A stretch of DNA of 64,000 nucleotides. It comes from an uncultured delta proteobacterium. Its GTDB lineage: Bacteria > Desulfobacterota > Desulfobacteria > Desulfobacterales > JAFDCJ01. The stretch spans positions 89,266 through 153,265 of the forward strand of contig CAVYNY010000015.1 of the NCBI GenBank assembly GCA_963769935.1, written 5' to 3'. Positions 11,281 through 21,337 of the stretch are shown piece by piece. The number at the start of each line of letters is the position of its first letter. Within the stretch, counting starts at the first letter, position 1. The position numbers and the translations under genes were made by a program. A model generated the notes under the pieces. That model saw only the letters and a list, made by a program, of their open reading frames with translations. It ran no database searches and had not been told where the DNA came from.

Positions 11281-12348
11281 GTGGATAAACGGTGGCAGCA
11301 GTTGGGGGATTTGCTGGTAAATTATTCACTGGCAGTCAAACCGGGGGAAAAAGTGATGATTGCCATGACGGAAGTAGAGACTTATCCTTTAGCGCTGGCG
11401 GTCTATGAAGCCTGCATCAAATCCGAGGCCTACCCGCAGGTACAGTTTTTGTCCGAAGAATTCAACCGCCTGTTGCTGAAATTCGGCAGCCGGGAGCAGA
11501 TTGATTGGGTGCCTGAAATCGAGGCCTACGGCATGCAATGGGCGGATGTTTATCTGGGATTGCGCGGCGCCCACAACCTGGCCGCATTGTGGGATGTTCC
11601 GGACGGTAAGTTATCCGCGCTCAGACGCGCCATGGGCACGATTTCCACGATGCGCTGGGAAAAGACACGCTGGTGCCTGGTGCGTGCACCCAATGCCGCC
11701 TTGGCGCATCAAGCCGGGGTCGACGAGCAGACCATTACCGACATGTTCTTCGACGCCTCTCTTCAGGACTGGCCGGCCCTGAGTAAAAAATGGCAGAAAT
11801 GGGCGGATATTCTTGGGCAGGGCCGGCACGTGCGAGTCGTCGGTCGGGATACCGATTTGAGTTTTTCGGTCGCAGGCCGATCCTGGGAAGTGTTTGATGG
11901 AAAATTGAATATGCCGGACGGTGAGATTGCGACCTCGCCGGTTGAAACAACTGTTGACGGCCAAATTTATTTTGAATTCCCGGGGGTGATGGGCGGGCGG
12001 CTGGTGGACGATATCCGCCTGCGCTGGGAAAACGGCAGGCTGGCAGAAGCGTTGTCATCTTCCAACCAGGACTTCCTTCAGGCGGTGGTCGGCAGCGATC
12101 CCGGCGCCAGTAAGATCGGCGAGTTTGCCTTCGGCACCAACCCGGCGGTCAAGCACTTTTGTCGCGATATTCTGCTGGATGAAAAAATCGGCGGTACCGT
12201 CCATATTGCCCTGGGACGCGCCTATGCCAGTACCGGCGGAACCAACCAATCGGCCATCCACTGGGACATCGTCAAAGACGTCCGGGAGGAAGGTCGGGTG
12301 TATCTGGACGACCGACTGATATTCGAAAACGGCAGCATACTGCTCTGA
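11281..12348 (+). CDS. M29-family aminopeptidase-like protein
   Basis: NMPDGE, IGEFAFGTN, DEKIGGTVHIALG and SAIHWDIV motifs. Confidence 0.88.
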   Translation: MDKRWQQLGDLLVNYSLAVKPGEKVMIAMTEVETYPLALAVYEACIKSEAYPQVQFLSEEFNRLLLKFGSREQIDWVPEIEAYGMQWADVYLGLRGAHNLAALWDVPDGKLSALRRAMGTISTMRWEKTRWCLVRAPNAALAHQAGVDEQTITDMFFDASLQDWPALSKKWQKWADILGQGRHVRVVGRDTDLSFSVAGRSWEVFDGKLNMPDGEIATSPVETTVDGQIYFEFPGVMGGRLVDDIRLRWENGRLAEALSSSNQDFLQAVVGSDPGASKIGEFAFGTNPAVKHFCRDILLDEKIGGTVHIALGRAYASTGGTNQSAIHWDIVKDVREEGRVYLDDRLIFENGSILL

Positions 12349-12355
12349 GGAAACC

Positions 12356-13906
12356 ATGATGAGGCCTGAATATTTACTGGGTGTTGACGTCGGCACCTAT
12401 TCCTCAAAGGGTGTCCTGGTGAGTATCGACGGGGAAGTGGCTGCCGACCAGGTCATCCCGCACGGCATGCGCATGCCCCAGCCCGGTTTCTTTGAACATG
12501 ACGCCGACGGGGTCTGGTGGCATGACTTTGTTGAGATTGTCCGCCGCCTTTTGGCAAAATCCAGAATCGATCCCGCACAAATTCTTGCCATCGGTACCAG
12601 CGCCATCGGCCCGTGCGTTCTGCCGGTCAGCGCCGAAGGCAAGCCGTTGCGGCCGGGAATTCTCTACGGCATCGACACGCGGTCCACTGCCGAGGTCGCG
12701 CATCTGGAGCAGGTGCTGGGCAAGCAAAACATCTTCCTAAAGAGTGCAACAAATTTGGACGTCCAGTCCGCCGGTCCTAAAATCCTGTGGATCCGCAACA
12801 ACGAGCCGGAAATCTATGCCAGGACGAGGTGGTTTCTGACCAGCCAGGCCTATCTGGTTTACAAACTGACCGGTGTGCCCAGCATCGACATTTATTCGGC
12901 CTGCTGCTATGCGCCCCTTTTTGACATTTACAATTTCGGCTGGTATCCGGATATGGCCGATTATATTACCCCCGCCGACCGCTTGCCGCAAGCGCACTGG
13001 AGCTGTGACATCGTCGGTGAAGTCACCGACGCCGCCGCGGCCGAGACAGGCCTGGCACCCGGTACACCGGTCATTACCGGTACCATTGACGCGGCGGCCG
13101 AGGCCGTCAGTGCCGGAGTGGCCCGGTTCGGCGACATGATGCTGATGTTTGGCAGCAGCATCTTTTTTATCATGAAAACCGCCGAGCTGTTCAAAACCCG
13201 ACATTTCTGGAGTGCCAATTTTCTCGAACAAAATACATTCGCCTTCATGGGGGGCATGTCCACATCCGGCAGTCTGACCACCTGGTTTCGTGACCAGTTT
13301 GCGCAAACTGAAGTTGCATGCGAGAAATCCGGCGGACAGAATGCCTATGCCGTGCTGGCCGGCGAAGCCGCCGCATCCCCGGCCGGTGCCGACGGGTTGA
13401 TTGTTCTGCCTTACTTTGAAGGCGAGCGCACGCCGTTGCACGATCCCAAAGCCAAAGGCGTTGTGTTTGGTCTCAGTCTCAAACACACCCGCGGCGACGT
13501 TTATCGGGCCATCCTGGAAAGCGTGGGGTTCGGCATTCGCCACAACGTGACGGTGATGCGCGAAGAGGGGTTAAACCCGGAACGAATCATCGCAGTCGGC
13601 GGAGGCACCCAAAACGATTTATGGATGCAGCTTGTTGCCGATATTGCCGATATCGAGCTCATCATCCCGCAGCAGTTGATCGGCGCGAGCTATGGCGATG
13701 CGTTTATGGCGGCGGTGGGCGTCGGCCGGTTCAAAGATTTGACCCAAATTACCCACTGGGTCAAAAGCAAAAAGGTTGTCTGCCCCAATTTGGCAACCCA
13801 CAAACAGTATACACTCAATTATAAAATTTTCCGCGCGCTGTATGAGTCCAATCGTTCGCTCATGCATGAGCTGACGGATTCAATTCCGTTAAAAAGGAGA
13901 ATGTGA
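12356..13906 (+). CDS. FGGY-family carbohydrate kinase
   Basis: LGVDVGT, LPYFEGERTP and VGGGTQN motifs. Confidence 0.9.
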   Translation: MMRPEYLLGVDVGTYSSKGVLVSIDGEVAADQVIPHGMRMPQPGFFEHDADGVWWHDFVEIVRRLLAKSRIDPAQILAIGTSAIGPCVLPVSAEGKPLRPGILYGIDTRSTAEVAHLEQVLGKQNIFLKSATNLDVQSAGPKILWIRNNEPEIYARTRWFLTSQAYLVYKLTGVPSIDIYSACCYAPLFDIYNFGWYPDMADYITPADRLPQAHWSCDIVGEVTDAAAAETGLAPGTPVITGTIDAAAEAVSAGVARFGDMMLMFGSSIFFIMKTAELFKTRHFWSANFLEQNTFAFMGGMSTSGSLTTWFRDQFAQTEVACEKSGGQNAYAVLAGEAAASPAGADGLIVLPYFEGERTPLHDPKAKGVVFGLSLKHTRGDVYRAILESVGFGIRHNVTVMREEGLNPERIIAVGGGTQNDLWMQLVADIADIELIIPQQLIGASYGDAFMAAVGVGRFKDLTQITHWVKSKKVVCPNLATHKQYTLNYKIFRALYESNRSLMHELTDSIPLKRRM

Positions 13907-14724
13907 TGACAAAACGCTGGATAGAAGAAGTTTTTGGCTGCCGCAAACCGATTATCGGCATGTGCCACTTGAATGCACTGCCCGGCGACCCTTCCTTCGA
14001 CGGGCAGGGCGGCATGCAGGAAGTAATCAAATGGGCCCGACGGGATCTGCTGGCCCTGCAAAACGGCGGTATTGACGCCGTCATGTTCTCCAATGAGTTC
14101 AGTCTGCCGTATCTGACCCGCGTTGAAACGGTCACCGTGGCCGCCATGGCTCGCATCATCGGCGAATTGATGCCTGATATCGGCGTGGCCTTTGGGGTGA
14201 ATGTACTCTGGGACCCGGCGGCCTCGCTGGATTTGGCCGTGTCCACCGGCGCCCGGTTTGTGCGTGAAATCTTTTCCGGCGTGTATGCCAGCGACTTCGG
14301 CCTCTGGAACACCGACTGCGGTGCTGTGGTGCGGCACCAGCATGCCATTGGGGCGCAGGATGTCAGGCTGCTGTTTAATATCGTCCCTGAAGCGGCGCAA
14401 TACCTGGCTGCCCGGGACATGGCGGATATTGCCCGATCAACGGTTTTCAACCATCGGCCCGATGCCCTGTGCGTCTCGGGCCTGACGGCGGGCCGCCAGG
14501 CCGACACGCAGGTTCTTAAGAACGTCAGGGACGCGGTTGCCGGCACACCGGTCTTCGCCAACACCGGCGTTCGACTGGAAAATGTGTCCGAACAGCTCGC
14601 GATTGCCGATGGGGCGGTGGTCGGCACCACTTTCAAAATCGACGGGGTATTTGAAAACCATGTCGATCAAAGCCGGGTGCAGGCCTTCATGGACCAGGTC
14701 AAAGCGATCCGAAACGTCAGTTAA
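13903..14724 (+). CDS. sgcQ: BtpA/SgcQ family protein
   Basis: IGMCHL.ALPGDP, SNEFSLPY, FANTGV and DGAVVGTTFK motifs. Confidence 0.88.
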   Translation: MMTKRWIEEVFGCRKPIIGMCHLNALPGDPSFDGQGGMQEVIKWARRDLLALQNGGIDAVMFSNEFSLPYLTRVETVTVAAMARIIGELMPDIGVAFGVNVLWDPAASLDLAVSTGARFVREIFSGVYASDFGLWNTDCGAVVRHQHAIGAQDVRLLFNIVPEAAQYLAARDMADIARSTVFNHRPDALCVSGLTAGRQADTQVLKNVRDAVAGTPVFANTGVRLENVSEQLAIADGAVVGTTFKIDGVFENHVDQSRVQAFMDQVKAIRNVS

Positions 14725-15574
14725 AGAGCATCTGCATCCGCATCCGCTCAACTGTCTGGCGCATGTCCTGCTCTGAGGGACGCTGCTCAAAGCCGGCGGC
14801 GGCTTTCAGAACCTTGGGCAGCTCCTGCAAATCGCCGACCGTGTTCAAAAATATATCGGGAATGCCCAATACCCAGTGGACACAATGGGCAATGGCGCCT
14901 TCATCGGTCAGCGGCTCATACCAGGTGCTGCGGCTCCATTTTTTATCGCCCCAATATCCCCGCGCGATGGCCTTTATGGTCTGGACGGCGATTTGGTGCT
15001 CACGACAGTAGGCAATGAGCTTTTCAAAATCAGCGGCATAGGTCTGATCCTGCATCAGAAGGTAGTTGCAGGGCAGAAGCACGGTATCAAAAGGGTAGCG
15101 CTTGAGGGTCTGAAGGTGAAATTTCGGCGTGTGCAGCCCATGCCCGGTAATACCGATAAACTTCGTCAATCCCTTTTCTTTGGCCTCAATCAGAAATTCC
15201 AGGGCGCCGCCGGGGCCCATAATAATCTCCCGTTCCACCACATCCGTTAAATTATGAAACTGAAGCAGATCAACGCTGTCCACCTGCAGCCGGTCCAAAG
15301 ATCGCTGAAACTGCTCTTTCGCATCCTGATAGGTTCGCTCATTGGTTTTGGTGGCCAGGAAAAATTGATCGCGGTACTTCTTCATCCAGGGTCCGACGCG
15401 CAGTTCGGCTTCGCCGTATTTGGGCGCCGTATCAATATGATTGACCCCATACTCCCATAGAAGGTCCAGCGCCCGATCAGCTTCAGACTGGCTGACTCTG
15501 CCGAGACTTACCGAACCGAATATAGTTCTGGAACTCTGATGGCCGGTTTTTCCGAAAGAAATTTTTTTAATCAT
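14717..15574 (-). CDS. Aldo/keto reductase
   Basis: IDTAPKYG, FLATK, DLLQFH and IGITGH motifs; GGAGG RBS before ATG 15574. Confidence 0.87.
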   Translation of the reverse strand: MIKKISFGKTGHQSSRTIFGSVSLGRVSQSEADRALDLLWEYGVNHIDTAPKYGEAELRVGPWMKKYRDQFFLATKTNERTYQDAKEQFQRSLDRLQVDSVDLLQFHNLTDVVEREIIMGPGGALEFLIEAKEKGLTKFIGITGHGLHTPKFHLQTLKRYPFDTVLLPCNYLLMQDQTYAADFEKLIAYCREHQIAVQTIKAIARGYWGDKKWSRSTWYEPLTDEGAIAHCVHWVLGIPDIFLNTVGDLQELPKVLKAAAGFEQRPSEQDMRQTVERMRMQMLFN

Positions 15575-15629
15575 CTGACTGCCTCCTGCTTTCAATTGTC
15601 CTCTGTTAGGCGATGAAATCCATAGCCCC

Positions 15630-15971
15630 TTAAGACCCTTGGTCCGCGTCATGCTTTCCTTTTCTGACGACGTACCAATTATTCTGAATGTCGTGTGGTA
15701 TTTGATTCGTTTCAATGGAACGGAAACCAACCGTCTGAAGGTACTGACGCGCTTTCTCTTCTCCCCACATCGCCCCCAGTCCCTCTCCGCCCTGGGCCAG
15801 TGACACGGTCATACAATGCATGGTGGAGATGGTGTATAGAAACGCGCCAAGGGGGTGCCCAATGGATGTCATCAAACAGAGAGCCCCTTCATTAAGGGCC
15901 GTCAATAATCGTCCCGCGAACGCCTCTGCCTTTTCCGAGTCGACCTCCAGGTGTTTTTTATTTTTTTTCAT
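15630..15971 (-). pseudogene. Rv2258c-like methyltransferase remnant with a large in-frame internal deletion
   Basis: N-terminal AEAFAGRLL..MTSIGH is fused directly to C-terminal PLGAFLYTISTMHCMTVSLAQGGEGLGAMWGEE; no SAM-binding core. Confidence 0.7.
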
Positions 15972-16082
15972 TGCCTTTGCCTCCGAGGAAGAATGTCACC
16001 CAACCCTTGAACCGCTCAGTCACCTTCTTCCAAGACCTAACCGGGCGAAAAATTTTATGCAACATCAATTTCCATCAGATAT

Positions 16083-16324
16083 TTATTGTGCAATTTCGTA
16101 AGCAGGATAAGCGCAGCAATCGATGCCTATCAGGCACAAAAACATATCGGCTAAATTGCTTAACGGAAACTCAATATGTAGCAGGATAACCGGTAAAGCA
16201 ATGATAAACGGGAGGGTTTCCAATACCCAGGTAAGGCGAGTATCATGCGGCTCAATTCCCGACCAAACAAAAAGGCCAATACTCCTGTCAGTAATGCGAT
16301 CGGATAGCTTCTATATGACTTCAC
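16083..16324 (-). pseudogene. DUF2238 (YjdF-like) membrane protein fragment
   Basis: Manual translation: VWSGIEPHDTRLTWVLETLPFII; frameshifted and truncated. Confidence 0.55.
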
Positions 16325-16505
16325 AACCTCGTCCGGATGGATTAGAAGTAGCTAAGCCGATTCGCCATCCATATTGAACGCTTAGATACGATAAACCGAC
16401 GAAATTTTTCCGGTCAGGTTCAGCGATGGGCTATTCTATCTCTGGGATTATTTGGTTAGCGGCTCTGTCTTCAATAGCCTTGTTCGCCAACGTTTCGAAC
16501 TTCGT

Positions 16506-16615
16506 GCTATGCGCCATTTGGTGCACGTGCTCTTGTCGGGTTTGTGCAAACAAATTAGCGCTGCTGATCAGGACAAAAATACCGACGACGAATTGTGCCA
16601 AATAGTTAAGATTTC
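16506..16615. repeat. About 110-bp near-identical copy of 19208..19317
   Basis: Direct comparison shows three substitutions. Confidence 0.9.
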
Positions 16616-16648
16616 TAATAATACAAAAAATCTCCCTGGTTCATTTCC

Positions 16649-17823
16649 TCATTTGCAATATCCGAATACGATCTCGCACAGCGCTTTTACGCCGACAACA
16701 AGTATTTCGTCGTTAAAAACATAATTGGGTGCGTGTATCGGTATCGAGGTCGCATCCTTCCTTATCATTTCCGATAAAGAGAAAAAGCCCGGGAATCTGC
16801 TCTTGAAATAAAGAAAACTCTTCACAACCCATTGACGGCATGAAGTCATCCGTTACCATACCGGATTTAAATACAGTATTTAAGATTCCGGAAATATTGC
16901 TTGTCAGTTGAATATCGTTGTTGACAGGCGGCATAATTCGATCATAGATTAATTCATATGTCGCGCGGGCGGCCTGTGTACAGCCTTTAGCAATTTCTTC
17001 TATTCGGGTTTGGATAAAATTGCGAACATCAGGATCAAGCGTGCGAACAGTACCTTCCAAAGTGACGACACTTGGGATGATATTTACTGCCGTACCACCA
17101 TAAATCTTTCCAATAGTAATTGCCGCTGCTTTGAGAGGATCGACTTCGCGACTGATAATACTTTGCAGTTTGGAAACGATATCTGCAGCGACAACAATCG
17201 GATCAACCGCCAAATGCGGCCATGCGCCATGTCCAGGCGTCCCAATTATTTTTAGCTTGAATATATCACTGGAAGCCAGAACGGGGCCTGCTTTGACAAC
17301 TAAAACACTTTGCCTAAGTCCATGCCAATTATGCGGTGTGATGATCGCATCTACATCGGGGTCTTTTAGCCCGCCGGCCTTGATGATCTCGGCTGCACCT
17401 CCCGTGTTTTCCTCTGATGGCTGGAAAATAAATTTCACATTTCCATTGAAGTTGATCCTTATATTGCGACAGTATCTTGGCAGCTCCTAAAACGATGGTC
17501 ATGTTGCCATCATGTCCGCATGCATGCATTACACCGCTGTTTTCAGAAGAATAGGAAACGCCGGATTGTTCTTCAATGGCCAAGGCATCCAGGCAAGCTC
17601 GTAATGCAATTGTTGATCCGGCATTTTTCCCGTGCAAAATGCCAATGACACCGGTTCCGCCTATGCCGGTCGTCACCTCAAGTCCCAGATTCTTCATATA
17701 GCCTGATACTTTCGAGGCCGTTTGAAACTCTTGGAAGCCGAGCTCCGGTTTTCGGTGAAAATCTTTCCTGATATTTATTAGTTCATCTTTAATTGAACCT
17801 AGTTTTTCATCAACCTTTTTCAT
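16649..17823 (-). pseudogene. M20 amidohydrolase split over three frames
   Basis: HRKPELGFQE, MHACGHDG, FQPSEE, GHGAWPHL and EEFS motifs. Confidence 0.85.
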
Positions 17824-17935
17824 ACGATACCCTCAGGATTAATGTTAGACCGCCTTACGAGAGCCATACTTCAAAATATAATTTCATTATCAAAGATGTA
17901 TAGGATGATCCTTCACTGTACTTGGGTCTTTCTAA

Positions 17936-17998
17936 GCGCAACGGCAAGTTTCACTGGGCGCGGCGTTTATCAGCGATCCAGGGCAACTTTTGTTGGGT
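17936..17998 (-). other. attC-like site
   Basis: GCGCAAC...GTTGGGT ends with an inner imperfect palindrome; immediately after the stop of 18003..18791. Confidence 0.6.
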
Positions 17999-18002
17999 GC
18001 TA

Positions 18003-18791
18003 TCATTGTGATATTTGCCCTTTGGCTGCCCAGGCACGTGCCACCATGGAGATAGAGCCATCCAGCTGGGTGGGAAGGCGCGCTTTCAGTTCATTTCGCA
18101 GTTTAATTTTTTCATCTTCATCCAGAGACAGTACGAAGCTGGGTGCCGGTCCTTGACCACCAAGAAATGGTTTCCAATAGTCGTCAAAGTCTCGAAAATG
18201 AGTGGTTATCTCGATGGAGGTGGTTTCAATATCCACGAAGCCGGCGTTTTCAAATAACCTTTTCAGCGCTTGGGCATTGGAATCCGGAAAACGCCTACTT
18301 TCATGCAAATTCAATGCTTCGGGTTTGATCTCGACTGCGGCGTCCCAAAAATGCCTGAGAAAGTCCATCCTTCCAGCATAATCCCAGAGATATACAGCAA
18401 CCGTACCTCCCGCGTCAGTGACTCGCCGCATTTCGGATAGGGCCTTTTCCGGTTCCGGAATGAAATTCAAGACAAGCCCCGATACGGCGATGTTTACCGA
18501 AGAGTTATCCAATGGCAATAACAGCGCATTACCAACTCTGCAATGTGCCCGGCTGCCGAGTCGTTTCTGCGCTGTTTTTACAAAGTCTTCAGATTGATCA
18601 ATGGCGGTGAGCGCTGCGGGTGTGTGATTGTTGATAATCACCTCACTCAATGCGCCTGAACCGCAGCCAATATCCAGCCAGTTCAATCCCGAAGATGGGG
18701 ATAGCCAATCGACGAATGATTCTGCTACGAGACGGCTCCATCGCCCCATATAATATTCATAAGGATCGCCTGATTCCCAGGAGTCTTTCAT
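18003..18791 (-). CDS. Class I SAM-dependent methyltransferase (cassette)
   Basis: YEYYMGRWS, WLDIGCGSG and GLVLNF motifs. Confidence 0.88.
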   Translation of the reverse strand: MKDSWESGDPYEYYMGRWSRLVAESFVDWLSPSSGLNWLDIGCGSGALSEVIINNHTPAALTAIDQSEDFVKTAQKRLGSRAHCRVGNALLLPLDNSSVNIAVSGLVLNFIPEPEKALSEMRRVTDAGGTVAVYLWDYAGRMDFLRHFWDAAVEIKPEALNLHESRRFPDSNAQALKRLFENAGFVDIETTSIEITTHFRDFDDYWKPFLGGQGPAPSFVLSLDEDEKIKLRNELKARLPTQLDGSISMVARAWAAKGQISQ

Positions 18792-18838
18792 TGTCGGCTC
18801 CACCCGCTTTTTCACGCCCAACGATTTGGCATTATGAC

Positions 18839-19333
18839 TCACTCTGACCTGGCGTCGGCACCATGCTCAGACAGCTGAGCCCCAAACCATCGATGCAGTG
18901 CAGTTAACAAGTGGAGATCTTTCGTTTCAAACGTAATTTCAGCCCCGGAAGGAAGAGCTGCATACGAAACTTTTATACGCGACGCTCCGGCTTGAAGGTC
19001 CTTGAGCCCCGGCATGTCCGCACCGTGCAGTTTTGCCGGGTCTGAATAATCGCCCTGTTGAAACCTTTCGGCTTCGTGCTGGAGATGCTGTTGAATGAGG
19101 GCAATCTGATCAGTTGCGCCTGGATCTTTCGTGATGACTTTTTGCACACCTCCAGATTCGGTCATCTTGAAGATGTGTACGGTCTTTGACATGTCAAAGG
19201 GCATTACGCTATGCGCCATTTGGTGCACGTGCTCTTGTCGGGTTTGTGCAAACAAATTAGCGCTACTAATCAGTACAAAAATACCGACGACGAATTGTGC
19301 CAAATAGTTAAGATTTCGCAAATGTTTTTTCAT
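18839..19333 (-). CDS. Secreted hypothetical protein
   Basis: Signal peptide; VMPFDMSKT..HG.DMPGL..HRWFGAQLSEHG. Confidence 0.7.
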   Translation of the reverse strand: MKKHLRNLNYLAQFVVGIFVLISSANLFAQTRQEHVHQMAHSVMPFDMSKTVHIFKMTESGGVQKVITKDPGATDQIALIQQHLQHEAERFQQGDYSDPAKLHGADMPGLKDLQAGASRIKVSYAALPSGAEITFETKDLHLLTALHRWFGAQLSEHGADARSE

Positions 19334-19572
19334 ATGCCTCCCTTGGTAGGTTGCCCACGTATTGTGCCCCAACGATTGAGCTTTACGGTGATGGAACCGA
19401 GTCCGTCACCATCAATATAGCCTGTTCCTCTTCTCCCGATTTCATAATTCCATATTCAATTCGATTTTTAATTTCTTCCAATCTTTGTCGGGCAGTTAAC
19501 GCTCGAGATCGGCCGGGCTGGGGCTTCCGGGGTCGCCCATTACGCCATAGCGATTTCCTTATCCATAGTTAC

Positions 19573-19632
19573 ACCCAACGTCGCGGATCAGGCGCGAGCT
19601 ATAGCGAGTCGCCTGCATTCGGCTTGTTCAAC
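19573..19632 (-). other. attC-like site
   Basis: ACCCAAC..CAGGCG....CGCCTG..GTTCAAC, 60 bp. Confidence 0.65.
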
Positions 19633-20482
19633 AGCGCCTTGATCCTGAAGTGGTTCAAGTCCACCGTGCTCTTCCATAGGGGCAACCGCTCCGCCGGCCC
19701 TTCGATCCGCACAAGCGGGGGCGTGCGATCCGCCAGGGCGTTGATCTTTGCCCACAATGTGGTGTCTCCCCAATATTGCGGAGGCGTATCAGCCGCTGCC
19801 ACGGCTGAAAAGATCTCGCCTGGCGTCTCGCAGCCGCCACGGATAGCTTCCAATGCAAGGCTCTCAAGTCGTCCCAATCCGGTTGCCGGGTTCGGCTGTT
19901 CCTGAAGCCATCGCGTCACGGCAGCGGGAATCCATGGCAAGGGCGCGTTAGACTTCGTGACAATTCGTCGAGCAGTGTTGGATCCTGAGAAGCAAATGCC
20001 ATGTCCACGAGCTTGGCAAATTGGAACTGGTCATCCGGTGACCGGACGACGTTGGTCATACAGTGAAGCCAGTTGACTCGGCTGAAGCTGGCCCAGCCCG
20101 TTGAACGGCACAATCCCGGGAAAGGCCTCAACACAGAGCAGCTCCGCGTTCACAATCCCCCGGTGAAGCAAGCACGCAAGAATGTGGGCGAGCATGGACT
20201 GATCGAACAGGCAAGCATCGAACCACAGGACAATGCACTCATAGTCTGCTGCGGCTGCAAGTTTTCGATACTGGCTCTTGAGCGTGCCTAGATAAGCTGC
20301 TTTTGTGACAGTGCTCCGCCGGTTACCTGTTCAAGGAACTGAGCACGAGCGTCGAGAGTGCCTACATCAGGCCATCCGGGATCCCGGGGGCCATCGTACA
20401 GTATGTCGTGCCAAACAAGCACCTCCCCGGGAATGGTAGACTTGAGCAAGACTATCCCCTGCGCAGTCGCCGCTGGTAACAT
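19599..20482 (-). pseudogene. DUF1835-like protein with multiple frameshifts
   Basis: IPGEVLVWHDILYDGP and PQYWGDTTLW segments in three frames. Confidence 0.6.
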
Positions 20483-20494
20483 GAAGTGTGCCGC

Positions 20495-20779
20495 TCATGA
20501 ATCTCTCTCATAGCCAAACGTTTGGGGTGGTACTAAGGGTCCAAAGAAATTGGTAGTTTGCTCGACAAAATACAGATATTCGTCCAAATTGATGGCTGGG
20601 GCTAAAGGAAGGGATCGGAGCAAATTCAGAATCTCGGTGCGATTACCAATATTACCGCCCGCAGGCTCCCCAATAATAAAAGAGTGACAGGCAACTTCCG
20701 CATCTATAAGAAGCTTCGCGAGATGAGGCTCTCCACGCCGAAAATGATTGACCCAGACGGATGTATCAATGAGCACCAT
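20495..20779 (-). pseudogene. vapC: VapC PIN toxin, C-terminally truncated
   Basis: VLIDTSVWV..H.FIIGE; similarity is lost after about 70 aa. Confidence 0.7.
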
Positions 20780-20781
20780 GT

Positions 20782-20985
20782 TTATGAGTCCTTTGGTCGG
20801 CGACGCGGAATTGGGCGCAGATTCCTTTCCGAACCACCCAATTGGGCTAACCGCTTGCTGCTTTCCCGTGCAATCAGAGCTTCCAGACCGAGTCGAACAA
20901 GGGCCGTCTTTTCATTGATTCCCGTCAATTGGGATGCTTTTTCCCGTATTTGGTTATCTATGTTTAATGTCGTTCTCGTGTGCAA
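20782..20985 (-). CDS. vapB: VapB antitoxin
   Basis: RTTLNID..EKTALVRLGLEALIARES.RLA.LGG. Confidence 0.8.
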   Translation of the reverse strand: MHTRTTLNIDNQIREKASQLTGINEKTALVRLGLEALIARESSKRLAQLGGSERNLRPIPRRRPKDS

Positions 20986-20989
20986 TATT

Positions 20990-21015
20990 ATGCATCAATC
21001 ATGCATATATGTCAA
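20990..21015 (-). promoter_or_regulatory. vapBC promoter/operator
   Basis: ATGCAT-N5-ATGCAT next to TTGACA on the - strand. Confidence 0.55.
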
Positions 21016-21337
21016 GGATATTGTTTCCACCAAGCTGTGGATCACCTGCAGGCAATTAAGACTTTAGAACTTGTGCTTGTGATAGCCTCGACAAAGACCC
21101 CGCGCAGTTTTTCCTTTCAGGTGCATCCGTATTAGGCAAGTTATATGATCTCATTTTGAAACACATATGAAAACATTTCAAAATCGGAAAAGTTTTGCGC
21201 ACCGCAGCTCGACCGTCGAACCGTAAAACAGACATTTTCTATCTTGCATAATTTAACTGTGTGGATTAAATTTTCTAATCAATCTTCATGTAGGAGTATG
21301 GTTCAGGCAATACAAACGGATTCCATTAGGGTGTGTC

